The notes beneath the pieces were generated by a model. That model was not told the origin of the DNA and ran no database searches. It saw only the letters and a program-made list of their open reading frames with translations. From Myxococcota bacterium (lineage in GTDB: Bacteria > Myxococcota_A > UBA9160 > UBA6930), in contig OZ245002.1 in the NCBI GenBank assembly GCA_965223415.1, positions 4,928,001 through 4,992,000 of the forward strand: a DNA stretch of 64,000 nt, given 5' to 3'. Position numbers and translations under genes: made by a program. The stretch's first letter is position 1. Each line of letters begins with the position of its first letter. Below are positions 46,133-57,645 of this stretch, piece by piece.

Positions 46133-46588
46133 GTGAGGGGCCCCCGACTGCCGATCGTCGCGCTCCGGGGATGCCTCGGCCTCGTCGTGATCGGCGTGTA
46201 CCTGCTGGCAGCGGTGGCGCCCTGCCCGCCCGGCCTCTCGGCGGCCGCGGCCACCGGGGCGGCCCGGGTCGACGCTGCAGGTCCTAGCGCGCCGGCGCAC
46301 CCCGGTTTCGGCCACGCGCCGCACCACGCCGCCCACGGATCCCGGTCCTCCGCCCCCGCAGCCTCCGCGGCGGCTCCCCATGCCCAGCCGCCCCGCCTTC
46401 GCGCGCCCTGCACCTGCGGCTGCGATACCCGACCGACGCCGGGTGTCGTCGCGTTGGCCGTCCACGGACCCGCGACCTCCGCGGCGCTCGCCCCGCCGCC
46501 GCGGGCCATCGCCGCTCCTCGCCGGGAGCCCCTCCGCGCTCCGGACCGCCCCCGGCGGCCACCTGCCCCCGTCCCCCTCGTCGGCTGA
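46133..46588 (+). CDS. DUF2946-like His/Cys/Pro-rich leader protein
   Basis: N-terminal hydrophobic helix, HAPHHAAH, CTCGC, Pro-rich C-terminus, directly upstream of an outer-membrane barrel. Confidence 0.6.
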   Translation: MRGPRLPIVALRGCLGLVVIGVYLLAAVAPCPPGLSAAAATGAARVDAAGPSAPAHPGFGHAPHHAAHGSRSSAPAASAAAPHAQPPRLRAPCTCGCDTRPTPGVVALAVHGPATSAALAPPPRAIAAPRREPLRAPDRPRRPPAPVPLVG

Positions 46589-46660
46589 CGTCGCCCGGCC
46601 CCGCCGGGCCTGCCCGTACTCATCGCGACGAAGGCCGAAACCCACGGACGAGGAGATGGC

Positions 46661-47731
46661 ATGCCCATCCGCCGACCCCTGCTCGGGGTCCTGCTTCTGC
46701 TCTCGATACCCGGAGCGGCGCGGAGCGACGCGCCGCCCCATCCCAGCCACCATCACGCCGACGAGGCGACCGACCACGCGACCGTTCACGAGGCCGCCCA
46801 CGGTGCGTCGGCCCGTGCCGACGATCACGCGCCGATCGGGGTGATGGGCGACCACCTGCACCACGCCGGTGGCTTCATGCTCTCCTACCGCTTCATGCGC
46901 ATGGAGATGGACGGAAACCGCGATGGATCCAGCCGCGTCAGCACGAACGCGGTGCACCGCCGCTTTCCGGTCGCGCCGACGGACATGGACATGGAGATGC
47001 ACATGCTGGGTGCCATGTGGGCGCCGAGCGACGCGGTGACGCTGATGGGCATGGTGCCGTTCACGCGTCTGGACATGACCCACCGCACCCGCACGGGACG
47101 TCGCTTCCGCACCCGGTCCAAGGGCATCGGTGATGTTCGGTTCTCGGCCCTCGTCCGGCTCTTCGAGCAGGAAGCGCATCGTCTCCACCTGAACGCCGGG
47201 ATCAGTGCGCCCACCGGCCGCACCTCGGCGAAGGACGACACGCCGATGGGACGGGTGCGGCTCCCGTACCCGATGCAGCTGGGCTCCGGCACCTGGGATC
47301 TCCTGCCCGCGATCACCTACAACGCCCGGAGCGGCGACCTCTCCTGGGGTTCCCGGCTCGAAGCCACGTACCGGACCGGCCTCGGCAACAAGGGCTACCG
47401 CTGGGGCCATCGCTGGGGCGCATCGGGTTGGCTCGGCTTCCAGCTCGCGCCCTGGGTGTCGAGTTCGTTGCGGCTCGCCTACACGGACTGGCGGGGCGTT
47501 CGCGGCGACGACGACGACCTGCTTCGCGGCCTCGTGCCGACGGCCGATCCGGACCTGCGGGCGGGACGTCGGCTCGATCTGCTGTGGGGGGTCAACCTCC
47601 TCGCCCAGGGCGGCTTCCTTCGCGGCCATCGGCTGGCCCTGGAAGTGGGCCGCCCGATCGTCCAGCGCCTCGACGGCCCCCAGCTCGAGACCGATTGGCA
47701 GCTCACCCTCGGCTGGCAGAAGGCGTTCTAG
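46661..47731 (+). CDS. Outer-membrane beta-barrel transporter, His/Met-rich (putative metal uptake)
   Basis: Signal peptide, His-rich N-terminus, HAPIGVMGDHLH, MDMEMHM, LPYPMQLGSGTWD, C-terminal Phe. Confidence 0.82.
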   Translation: MPIRRPLLGVLLLLSIPGAARSDAPPHPSHHHADEATDHATVHEAAHGASARADDHAPIGVMGDHLHHAGGFMLSYRFMRMEMDGNRDGSSRVSTNAVHRRFPVAPTDMDMEMHMLGAMWAPSDAVTLMGMVPFTRLDMTHRTRTGRRFRTRSKGIGDVRFSALVRLFEQEAHRLHLNAGISAPTGRTSAKDDTPMGRVRLPYPMQLGSGTWDLLPAITYNARSGDLSWGSRLEATYRTGLGNKGYRWGHRWGASGWLGFQLAPWVSSSLRLAYTDWRGVRGDDDDLLRGLVPTADPDLRAGRRLDLLWGVNLLAQGGFLRGHRLALEVGRPIVQRLDGPQLETDWQLTLGWQKAF

Positions 47732-49251
47732 CCGCTGCCGGAGGCTTCCAACGGCGGGCGTCCCTTGGGGCGCCCGCCGCGCGGGAGACACCCGAGCAGG
47801 GCGAGGGCGACGAGCACCTCGTCGAGGTAGCGGCCGCCGCGCGCGTAGAGCGTCTCGATGCTGCTCGGATCGAACCGCACCACCCGGGCCTCCCGGACGT
47901 CGCGACCGACTCGCGCGAGCTCCCGTCCCAGGCCGTCGACCACGAAGCCCTCGCCCCGGTTGGCCACCCGCACGAGGGGCCGCCCGAGCTCCACACTGCG
48001 CAGGCGAGCCATCACGCCGTGCTGGGCGGCTCCGCGATCGGGGAAGAAGGCGTCGTTCGAGAGGTTGACGAGCACGTCCGCGCCCGCAGCCACGGCTCGC
48101 TCCGGGAGCTCCGGGAACATCGCCTCGTAGCACACGAGCGCCCCCAGGCGATGGCCCGCCACCTCGATGGGCGCCGAGCTCTCACCGCGGGCGTAGGAGC
48201 TGGCCGCGGCCAGGCGCCGGAGGCTGCGGCGGAGCCGCGGGCGCTGCTCGATCCACGCGGGGATCTCCTCGACCAGGGGGAACAGGGCGATCTTGTCGTA
48301 ACGGGCGACCTGCCCGCCGTCCGGGTCGAAGCCGGCGATGCTGTTCGTGAGGCGGCCGTCGGGGCGCTGGAGGAGCAGGCCCGTCACGAGCGGCGCCCGG
48401 AGACGGGAGAGCTTCGGGGCGAGCGCGCCGATCTCGTCCGGCGCCGCATCGATGGCGGTCTCGCTCCAGAAGAGGAGCTCCGCGCCGTCGGCCAGTGCGC
48501 CTTCCGCCAAGGCGAGCTGGCGCTCCAGGTTCGGTCGCCAGCTGTCCGACTGCCAGCGCTCCTGCTGGGGCGTCGCCGCCTGCACCAGGCCGACAGAGAG
48601 AGTAGCCGGGCCCGGGGGATGCATGGCGAGGCGGGCGGCGCCAAAGGCGGCCCATAGGACGACCACGGCCACCGCCCAGGCGAGCGGCCCGCGCCGCCGC
48701 TCGCTTCCCGCCTGGAGGAGCAGCGCGCCGACGAGGGCGATGCCGAAGGAGAGCAGCGGAACGCCGCCGACCGCCGCAGGCTGGAGCCAGAGCGTCTGCG
48801 CGAAGAGCGCGTCGCCGAGCCGCAGCCACGGAAAGGGACCGGCGAGCCGGAGCCACTCGGCGCTGACCCAGGCGAGGGCCTGCCCCAGCGCGAAGGGCAG
48901 TCGTCCCCGCCTCAGGAGGATGGCGAGCGCGCCGAAGACGACGAAGGCCGACGCGCCGGAGACGGCCACCGCCAGAGCGGCCGCCAGCGCCACACGGCGG
49001 GCGACGTCGAACTCCTGCGCAGCCGGGTAGAGCCAGTTCGCGACGGCGACCGACCAGCCCGCGGCGAAGAGCAGGCCCACGAGAGCACCGCCGAGGGGCC
49101 CTCGCATGCGCTGGAGCAGTGCGAGGATCGGAAGGAGCGCCAGGGGCGCTGCCCACCACAGGCCGTAGGGAGGGAACGGCAGCGCCGCGATGACGCCCGA
49201 GGCGACGGCAGCCAGGCCGATGCGGAGAGGGCCGGTCCAGCGGGTGCGCAT
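47728..49251 (-). CDS. lnt: Apolipoprotein N-acyltransferase homologue
   Basis: Multiple TM helices, FPWLRLG, nitrilase triad FWSE, YDK and VCYE, SNDAFF, RVANRG. Confidence 0.85.
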   Translation of the reverse strand: MRTRWTGPLRIGLAAVASGVIAALPFPPYGLWWAAPLALLPILALLQRMRGPLGGALVGLLFAAGWSVAVANWLYPAAQEFDVARRVALAAALAVAVSGASAFVVFGALAILLRRGRLPFALGQALAWVSAEWLRLAGPFPWLRLGDALFAQTLWLQPAAVGGVPLLSFGIALVGALLLQAGSERRRGPLAWAVAVVVLWAAFGAARLAMHPPGPATLSVGLVQAATPQQERWQSDSWRPNLERQLALAEGALADGAELLFWSETAIDAAPDEIGALAPKLSRLRAPLVTGLLLQRPDGRLTNSIAGFDPDGGQVARYDKIALFPLVEEIPAWIEQRPRLRRSLRRLAAASSYARGESSAPIEVAGHRLGALVCYEAMFPELPERAVAAGADVLVNLSNDAFFPDRGAAQHGVMARLRSVELGRPLVRVANRGEGFVVDGLGRELARVGRDVREARVVRFDPSSIETLYARGGRYLDEVLVALALLGCLPRGGRPKGRPPLEASGSG

Positions 49252-49368
49252 CAGCCTCCGGAGCCCTGATGCGCGGGGAGGGTCGCGAGGAGAACCGCTC
49301 GAAGACCTGCCAAACCGGCGCGTCTCCCCCATCGGGAGACCCGCCGGATCAACGCGCTGTGGCTTGCG

Positions 49369-49560
49369 CTACTTGCGGCGCCTGCGCAGGGAGACCATCA
49401 CGATCGCCGCACCCGCGGCGAACACCGCAGCGCTGGCCGGCTCGGGCACACCGGGCACGATGGCCCCGGTTCCCTTCGGCGGTGCCGTGAGGGCCCACGC
49501 CGAAGCCGGTGCGAGGGCGAGCGCGGCGAAGACGGCCTTGTGGATCAGCTTGTTCAACAT
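49369..49560 (-). CDS. Minimal PEP-CTERM protein (63 aa)
   Basis: Signal peptide ending ASAWA, then VPEP, a TM helix and RRRRK, GGAG RBS. Confidence 0.82.
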   Translation of the reverse strand: MLNKLIHKAVFAALALAPASAWALTAPPKGTGAIVPGVPEPASAAVFAAGAAIVMVSLRRRRK

Positions 49561-49677
49561 GGTTCTCCGGTTGGCCTGAGGTGGCCGGAACAGCGGCCCG
49601 ACGGACATCATGCCCATAGGGGAGTGCCTCGTCAACCGTGTCCTGGGTCACAATTTTCTCGGAAATCCCTGTGGGGA

Positions 49678-50478
49678 TCAGCCGATCCGGGCGCTCTGGC
49701 CGCCGTCCACCGGCAGCACGGCGCCCGTAATGAAGCGGGCCTCCTCCGAGGCCAGGAACAGGGCGGCATGGGCCACGTCCCAGGCCGTGCCCATCTTCGC
49801 CCCGAGGGGAACCTGGGCGTCCCGGGCCCGGATCAGATCGTCCTTCGGAATGCCCCGCTCCGAGGAGATGCCCTCGATCGCCATGGGAGTGTTCATGAGG
49901 CCGGGCATGATCACGTTGGCTCGGATGCCGTACTGGGCGTTGCCCACGGCCAGGGCCTGGGTGTAGGCGTTGAGGCCGGCCTTGGACGTCTTGTAGGCGA
50001 CGATGCCGGTGGCGCACACGGCGGCGATCGAGGAGATGTTCACGATCGCGCCGCCGCCCTGCCCGCGCATCACCGGCAGCACGTGCTTGCAGGGGATGAC
50101 CGCGCTCTTCAGGTTGACGGCGAGGATTCGGTCCCAGGCCTCCTCGGTGATATGGGCCGGCCCGGCGTCGGCGCCGCCAATGCCGACGTTGTTGTGGAGC
50201 ACGTCGATCCGGCCATGAGCTTCGCGGCACGCTGCGACGAGCGCTTCGACCTCGGCCTCCATCGTCGCGTCGGCCCGATGGGCCGTGGCGCGGCCGCCCT
50301 CCTCGCGGATGCTCGCCACCGTCGCCGCCGCCGACGCCTCGTCGCGATCGACCGCGATCACGGTGGCGCCCTCCCGGGCGAACAGGATCGCGGTGGCGCG
50401 GCCGTTTCCGATCGTGTCGCCCGGCGTCTGTCCGGCACCGACCACCACCGCGATCTTGCCGGCGAGCCTCCCGCTCAC
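49678..50478 (-). CDS. SDR oxidoreductase
   Basis: [33 protein letters not shown]. Confidence 0.92.
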   Translation of the reverse strand: MSGRLAGKIAVVVGAGQTPGDTIGNGRATAILFAREGATVIAVDRDEASAAATVASIREEGGRATAHRADATMEAEVEALVAACREAHGRIDVLHNNVGIGGADAGPAHITEEAWDRILAVNLKSAVIPCKHVLPVMRGQGGGAIVNISSIAAVCATGIVAYKTSKAGLNAYTQALAVGNAQYGIRANVIMPGLMNTPMAIEGISSERGIPKDDLIRARDAQVPLGAKMGTAWDVAHAALFLASEEARFITGAVLPVDGGQSARIG

Positions 50479-51017
50479 GACGGAAGCTTGGGGAGGCCCG
50501 CCTCGGGCTGGACGCCCAGGGTGTTCAGGGCCATGGACACCAGGTTGTACTGCCCGACGGCGAAGACCAGGTCCATGAGCTGCTGGGTATCGAGGTGTTT
50601 CGACAGGGTCTTCCAGGTCGGGTCCGAGACGAAGGCGTCCCCGTGGAGCTCGTCGGTGGCCTGGAGGAGCGCGCGGTCGAGCTCGCCCCAGCTCCCGGCC
50701 TCCGGGCCCTCGGCGATGGCGGCGATCTCCTCCTCGGTGAGCCCGGTCTGCTTGCCGATCACCACGTGCTGGCCCCACTCGTAGCCGGCGCGGCACAGGT
50801 AGCCGATGCGGAGGATGACCAGCTCCCGCTCGCGGGCGGGAAGCGTCGATTTGCCCAGCACGTGGTTGCCGAACACGAGCCAGCGCCGCATCAGGTCCGG
50901 ATGATGGGCCAGGGTCCGGAAGATGTTCAGGAGCGGTCCGTCTCCGAAGCGGACCTTGAGCTCCTCGTCCATCTGCTCCGGATCGAGGGGCGGGACGCGG
51001 GGCGTATCGAGGCGCAC
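50475..51017 (-). CDS. Carboxymuconolactone decarboxylase family protein
   Basis: [25 protein letters not shown]. Confidence 0.9.
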   Translation of the reverse strand: MRLDTPRVPPLDPEQMDEELKVRFGDGPLLNIFRTLAHHPDLMRRWLVFGNHVLGKSTLPARERELVILRIGYLCRAGYEWGQHVVIGKQTGLTEEEIAAIAEGPEAGSWGELDRALLQATDELHGDAFVSDPTWKTLSKHLDTQQLMDLVFAVGQYNLVSMALNTLGVQPEAGLPKLPS

Positions 51018-51031
51018 GGGGCCCCTCCTTC

Positions 51032-52279
51032 CTAGTTGCCGAAGTCCCAGGATTCGCCGGAGTGGTACTGCTTGAGCACGTTCTTCGCGATCAGGATCTT
51101 GTGCACCTCGTCCGGGCCGTCCGCGAGGCGCAGCGTGCGGGCGCCCTGGTACATGCCCGCCAGGGGCAGATCCCCGGAGACGCCCGCCGCGCCCCACACC
51201 TGGATGGCGCGATCGAAGACCTGGCTGGCCACGTGGGGCACGAAGATCTTCAGGGCCGAGATGTCCGTGCGCGCGTCTCCGCCGCCGTCCATCTTCTCGG
51301 CGCAGTTGATCGTCATCAGCCGCGCCGCCTGGATGTCGATCCAGGACTCGGCGATCCAGCCCTGCACGAACTGCTTCGTCTCGAGGAGGCCGCCGTGCAC
51401 CTCGCGGGTCATGGCGCGCTCGACCATCAGGTCGAAGGCCCGCCACATCTGGCCCACCGAGTTCATGCAGTGGTAGACCCGGCCGGCACCCAGGCGATCC
51501 TGGGCGGCCGCGTGGCCCGAGCCGGTCTGGCCGAGCTGGTTCTCGACGGGCACTCGCACGTCGTCGTAGATGATCTCGCAGTGGTCGCTGGGCCGGCCCC
51601 ACACCTCGACGCCGCGGATGAGGTTCACGCCGGGGGTGTCCGTCGGCACGATGATCTGGGTCATCTTCGCGTTGCGGTCGCCCGGCGCGTCCGGGTCCTC
51701 GGTGCGGCACATGACGATCAGGAAGTCCGCCCGCTTGCCGTTCGAGGTGAACCACTTGTGGCCGTTGATCACCCACTGGTCGCCCTCCTTGCGGGCGGTG
51801 GTCTTGATCGAGCGGGGATCGGAGCCGGCGTTGTCCGGCTCGGTCATCGAGAAGCCGCTCTCCATCTTTCCCTCGGTGAGCGGGACGAGCCACTTCTGCC
51901 GCTGCTCCTCGGTACCGTATTTGAGCAGGATCTTCTGGTTGCCGGAGTTCGGCGCCACGACGCCGAACAGGGACGCGGCGCCGATGCTGTAGGCGAGCAC
52001 CTCGTTCATGTAGGCGTGCTCCATGAACCCGAGCCCGCAGCCGCCGTACTCCTCCGGAAGGTGCGGCGCCCAGAGCCCCGCCTGCTTCACCTTCGCCTGG
52101 ATCTCGTGCCGGAGCTCCCGCGCGCGAGTGCGGTCGCTCTCCTGGAAACCCTCCTGGTTCCAGCGCCAGAGTGCATTCTCGTTGGGCAGGATCTCCTCGT
52201 TGACGATCTTGGCGGTCAGCAGCCGCACCTCGTTGATGCGATCGGAGACGTTGGGAATGACCTGGACGTTCATGGGCAT
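51032..52279 (-). CDS. Acyl-CoA dehydrogenase
   Basis: FSMTEPD..GSD, INGHKWFTS, RLGAGR, DRAIQVWG, RLADGPDEVH. Confidence 0.95.
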   Translation of the reverse strand: MPMNVQVIPNVSDRINEVRLLTAKIVNEEILPNENALWRWNQEGFQESDRTRARELRHEIQAKVKQAGLWAPHLPEEYGGCGLGFMEHAYMNEVLAYSIGAASLFGVVAPNSGNQKILLKYGTEEQRQKWLVPLTEGKMESGFSMTEPDNAGSDPRSIKTTARKEGDQWVINGHKWFTSNGKRADFLIVMCRTEDPDAPGDRNAKMTQIIVPTDTPGVNLIRGVEVWGRPSDHCEIIYDDVRVPVENQLGQTGSGHAAAQDRLGAGRVYHCMNSVGQMWRAFDLMVERAMTREVHGGLLETKQFVQGWIAESWIDIQAARLMTINCAEKMDGGGDARTDISALKIFVPHVASQVFDRAIQVWGAAGVSGDLPLAGMYQGARTLRLADGPDEVHKILIAKNVLKQYHSGESWDFGN

Positions 52280-52332
52280 GGTGGGTTCTCCCTCGCCTTG
52301 AAAGATGGCATGGACCGTGCCATTTTTCGACC

Positions 52333-53094
52333 GTGAATTGGCGACTCGACGGAAAGGTGGCGCTCGTCACCGGCGGCTCGCGAGGCATCGGCAAGGGCAT
52401 CGCGCGCGCCTTTTCCGAGGCGGGCGCCCAGGTGATGATCACCTCGCGAAAGGCCGAGAGCTGCGAGCAAGCGGCGAAGGAGATCGGCGAGAACGCCCAC
52501 TGGGAAGCGGGGCACATTGGGCGTACCGACGACGCGGAGCGGGTCATCGATACCACCCTCGAGCGGCTGGGCGGCCTCGACATCCTGGTGAACAACGCCG
52601 CCACCAACCCCTACGCCGGTCCCACCATCGACGTCGACCTGCCCCGCTGGCAGAAGACGCTGGATGTGAACCTCACGGCCCCACTCCTCTGGACCCAGCT
52701 GGCCTGGCAGCGGCGGATGCAGGAGCACGGTGGGGCGATCGTCAACATCTCCAGCGTCGGCGGCCTCGGCACGAACCCGATCCTCGGCGTCTACGACGTC
52801 ACGAAGGCCGCCCTGATCCACCTGACGAAGCAGCTCGCCGCGGAGCTGGGGCCGGGCGTGCGGGTGAACGCGATCGCCCCCGGCCTCATCAAGACCGATT
52901 TCGCCCGGGTGCTGTGGGAGGGGGACCGGGGCGATCAGGTGGCGAAGGCCTACCCCGTGCAGCGACTCGGCGAGCCGGAGGACGTGGCGGCGGCCGCCCT
53001 CTACCTCGCCCACGATGGCGCCAGCGGCTGGGTCACGGGCCACACCCTGGTACTGGACGGCGGCGGGCTGGTCGGCTTTCAGCGGGTCGGCTGA
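52333..53094 (+). CDS. SDR oxidoreductase
   Basis: TGGSRGIG, NNAATNP, YDVTK, APGLIKT. Confidence 0.94.
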   Translation: MNWRLDGKVALVTGGSRGIGKGIARAFSEAGAQVMITSRKAESCEQAAKEIGENAHWEAGHIGRTDDAERVIDTTLERLGGLDILVNNAATNPYAGPTIDVDLPRWQKTLDVNLTAPLLWTQLAWQRRMQEHGGAIVNISSVGGLGTNPILGVYDVTKAALIHLTKQLAAELGPGVRVNAIAPGLIKTDFARVLWEGDRGDQVAKAYPVQRLGEPEDVAAAALYLAHDGASGWVTGHTLVLDGGGLVGFQRVG

Positions 53095-53101
53095 GCGACC
53101 G

Positions 53102-53648
53102 GTGGGCGAGGCGGGCTACGTCCTCTACGGCACGTCGCGGAGCCTCTTCACCCGCAAGCTCGAGGCGGCCCTGCGCTTCTACGGCGCCCGGTTCGAGATG
53201 CGTCCCCCGGGAGGGAACGAGCCCGGCTCGGCTCAGCAGCGGGCGGCCACCCACCAGATTCCGGTCCTCGAGACTCCGGAGAACTGGATGTTGGCGGACA
53301 CGACGCCCATCCTCGAGCTGCTCGATGCCCGCTTCCCTGCCCGCCGGCTCTTCCCGGCCGGCCCCCTCGGCGTGCTGGTGCACGTGGTGGAAGAGGTGCT
53401 CGACGAGTGGGTCGCCCGGGTGATGGTCCACTACCGCCGCCCGCGCGCTGGCCGCCGGGGACAAGCCCTTCGTGATCCCGACCTACGGCGAGGAGACGAG
53501 CTACCTCGCCCGCCCGTACCCGGAGCAGTCGCGGCGCATGATCCAGCGGCGCATCGAGGATCAGCTCGGCGTAGAGGAGCGCGCGGCGGTCACGAGCTGG
53601 CTCGAGCAGGCCGGACTCACCGAGGCCTTCCTCAGAACGTCTCCTTGA
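53102..53648 (+). pseudogene. Glutathione S-transferase-like gene with internal deletion and frameshift
   Basis: GST N-domain (SLFTRKL, IPVL, DTTPI, DEW..MVHYR). The C-terminal part RALAAGDKPF..AFLRTSP* follows immediately in another frame. Confidence 0.75.
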
Positions 53649-54357
53649 ACGGCCGCAGGTCGAGCTCGAGGGTCCAGGTGGTCTTCGGCTGGGTGTGGAG
53701 CATCCAGAAGGCGCCAGCGATGTCGTCGGGCTGCAGCATGCCGTCGCTGCCAAGCCGCTCCTTGATCTGCGGGAAGCGCTCGTTGACGATGTCACCGTCG
53801 ATCGCGCCGTCGATCACCACGTGGCCGACGTGAAGCCCCTTCTTGCCGAACTCCCGCGCCATGCCGTGGGCCACGGCGCGGAGGGCCGCCTTGGCGGAAG
53901 CAAAGGCCGTAAAGGGCGGCCGGGCGCGGAGGGAGGCCGTGGCGCCGGTGAACAGCAAGCTGCCGCCTCCGGCCGGGACCATCCTCCGCGCGGCCTCCCG
54001 CCCGGTCAGGAAGCCGCCAAAGCAGCACACCCGCCAGACGTCCTCGAAGAACGCGTCGGTCATGTCGAGGAGCGAGCTGAAGGCGTTGTTCCCGGCGTTG
54101 TAGACGACGAGCTCCGGCACGCCTCCCGCCGCTTCCGCGGCGTCGAAGAGCCGGGCGACGTCCTCGGCCCGGGTCGCGTCCACGGCGACGGGCGTCGCCT
54201 CTCCGCCGCTGCTGTGAATGCCCTTCGCCACCGCCTCGATCTTCGTCGGCGTGCGCCCGGCGACGAGCACGTGCAGCCCTTCCTTCGCGAAGCGCCGGCA
54301 CAGGGCGCCGCCGACGCCGGTCTCCGCGCCCACGCCCACCACGATGGCCGTCGCCAT
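53632..54357 (-). CDS. SDR oxidoreductase
   Basis: GVGAETGVG, YNAGNN, TGATASLR, FASAK, ELDLRP. Confidence 0.92.
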   Translation of the reverse strand: MATAIVVGVGAETGVGGALCRRFAKEGLHVLVAGRTPTKIEAVAKGIHSSGGEATPVAVDATRAEDVARLFDAAEAAGGVPELVVYNAGNNAFSSLLDMTDAFFEDVWRVCCFGGFLTGREAARRMVPAGGGSLLFTGATASLRARPPFTAFASAKAALRAVAHGMAREFGKKGLHVGHVVIDGAIDGDIVNERFPQIKERLGSDGMLQPDDIAGAFWMLHTQPKTTWTLELDLRPFKETF

Positions 54358-54359
54358 CG

Positions 54360-55357
54360 CTAGGCGTCCCGGAGCCAGCGCAGGCAGCCGGTGCGCTCCA
54401 GCACCGGATCGAGCTCGCGCTTGTCGGGCACCGCGGCGTAGCGCTCGCGAAGCTTGCCGAGCGAGCGCGCGTGGTACTTCTGGGGCTTCTGCGTCCAGGT
54501 CCCGGACGCGAGCTCGACGCTGAACTCCTCCTGACCGCCCTCGATGGCTCCGCGGTTCGCCTCGGACCAGGGAAGGAAGAGCCCGCCGACCTGCGTCTCG
54601 AGGAGCCGCAGGAGGGTCGGCTCGAGGGCCGACCAGGGCTCGAACTCGCCCTCGCTCTTCGGGTCGAGCATGCGCTGCACCCAGGCGAGGAGGTTCGGGT
54701 GGCGCTCGACGATCTCCTTGCCGGTGGGGTCGGTCCACGCGTTGTAGATCTGGCCCCAGAGGCCGAAGTCGGCGAAGGCCGGCCGCCCGCCGAACAGGTA
54801 GGGCCGCCCGCTCAGATGGGCCTTGAGGAGGGCTGCCGCGTCCTGGAAGGACTGCTCGATCTGGGGCGCGGTCTGCTCGCTCGAGCCGACGAACCACACC
54901 CGGTTCACCATGCGGTCCTTCACGCCCTGTACGATGCCCTGGAGCTGCTCGCCTTCCACGCCCGGCGCCATGGTCGCAGCGATGCGCTCCGCGGCGCTGT
55001 TCTGGTCCGCCTCCCGCGCCCAGCGGTAGTGGAACATCCACTTGTTGCCCCACTCGTCGCCGAACTCCTCCAGGAGCGCGGAGACGAAGCAGGAGACCGG
55101 ATCGCTCGGGTGGATGGAGGGCTCCGGGTTGCGCGCCTCCAGGGTCTCGAGGATCGGCGTCGAGTCCTGGAGAGCCTCGCCGTCCGGTGTCGCGACCACC
55201 GGGACCAGGGGGAGCTTCGCGTACTTCTGGTACTCCTCCATGTTGTCGGGCCCGCGCACGATCCACTCGTGGGGGATGCCCTTGTAGCGGAAGTAGGAGC
55301 GGACCTTCACCGAGTACGGCGAGATCTCCGCGCCCCAGATGCGGTGCACGTCGGCCA

Positions 55358-55358
<1 letters not shown>
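54360..55358 (-). CDS. Glutathione S-transferase family protein
   Basis: SPYSVKVRSY, VPVV, QDSTPI, DEW..MFHYRW, YLFGGRPAFADF. Confidence 0.9.
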
Positions 55359-56398
<1,040 letters not shown>

Positions 56399-56517
56399 GG
56401 GAGGGCTCCTCCTTGGAGGGTGGGCAGAAAGCGCAGGCGCGCCGAGGCATGCTGACACAATCCCTGCCAATAGACGAGGGCATCGCGCGCCTCCGCTCGC
56501 GAGGGCATCATGCGGCC

Positions 56518-57645
56518 ATGCACGCCCTCACCCGTCGCCTGTCCCCGATCCTCGTGGCCCTGCTCTGCAGCGGCTGCCTCACGAACCGCCTCGACGGACC
56601 GATCCACAGCGCCGACGGCATGCCCTGGATCGCCAACGGCGCCGGGGTGCGCGCGCCGGCCCTCGCCCTCGACCACCGGGTGCTGCTGGTCGGCGACGCG
56701 GGCCTCTGGCTCGAAGAAGACCCGACCCTCGCCGCTCTGGGCGAATGGGCGGAGACGGCTCCCGCGAGCACGACCCTCTTCCTCGGCGACAACCTCTACA
56801 ACGAGGGCCTGCGCGACGACGACCGCGAGCGGGGCGAGAAGATCCTGAAGCAGCAGCTCGCCGCGACGGGGGGCCGCAAGATCTTCGTGCCCGGCAACCA
56901 CGACTGGGGGCTCTTCCCGAGCAGCTACAGCGTGCGCGCGATCCGCAACCAGCAGGAGCTCGTCGACGGCTGGCCCGACGGCAGCGCCGCCTTCCTGCCG
57001 AAGGACGGGTGCATGGGACCCGTGGCCCGCGAGCTCGCACCGGCGGCGCCGGGCCGCCGCGCCCTGGTCGCCGTGCTCGCCGATCCCACGCCCTGGCTGA
57101 ACGAGAACGTCCTCGGCGAGTGCCCCGAGGAGGAGAGCTACGAGAGCCACGTGGCACGGCTCGACGAGGTGCTCACCGCCCACGCGGACGACTGGGTGAT
57201 CCTGGCCACCCACTATCCGATCCTGACCGGCGGCCCCCACGGAGGCCTCACCTACGGCTTCTTCATCGACCTCCTGCTGGGCATCCTCACCGTCCCCACC
57301 GGCGGACGCCTCGCGAACACCTACGAGCCCGGCTATGCGGACTGGATCGAGGCCATCGAGCCGGTGCTCCGCGCCCACCCGCCCATCGTCTATGCCGCGG
57401 GCCACGACCACAACCTCCAGGTGCTCGACGCCGACGGCCGCGCCGGCGCCTTCGTCGTGAGCGGCGCGGGCGCGGTGGAGCGCGTCTCGACCGTCACCCA
57501 CCTTCCGGAGACCCTCTTCGCCCACGCCCACCCGGGCTTCGTCGTCCTCGACTTCGGCCGCCGGGACGGCCGCGAAGTGGTGCTGCTGCGGGTCGTCGAG
57601 GCCGGGAAGGACGCGCCGGTCTTCGAGCGGGAGCTGGTTCGCTAG
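56518..57645 (+). CDS. Metallophosphoesterase (lipoprotein)
   Basis: Lipobox CSGC, GDAG, GDNLY, GNHDW, GHDH. Confidence 0.88.
   Translation: MHALTRRLSPILVALLCSGCLTNRLDGPIHSADGMPWIANGAGVRAPALALDHRVLLVGDAGLWLEEDPTLAALGEWAETAPASTTLFLGDNLYNEGLRDDDRERGEKILKQQLAATGGRKIFVPGNHDWGLFPSSYSVRAIRNQQELVDGWPDGSAAFLPKDGCMGPVARELAPAAPGRRALVAVLADPTPWLNENVLGECPEEESYESHVARLDEVLTAHADDWVILATHYPILTGGPHGGLTYGFFIDLLLGILTVPTGGRLANTYEPGYADWIEAIEPVLRAHPPIVYAAGHDHNLQVLDADGRAGAFVVSGAGAVERVSTVTHLPETLFAHAHPGFVVLDFGRRDGREVVLLRVVEAGKDAPVFERELVR

Noticed and set aside
50475..52607. 710-aa ORF
   Set aside because: Only the last 180 aa (CMD family) are credible. The rest overlaps the acyl-CoA dehydrogenase out of frame.
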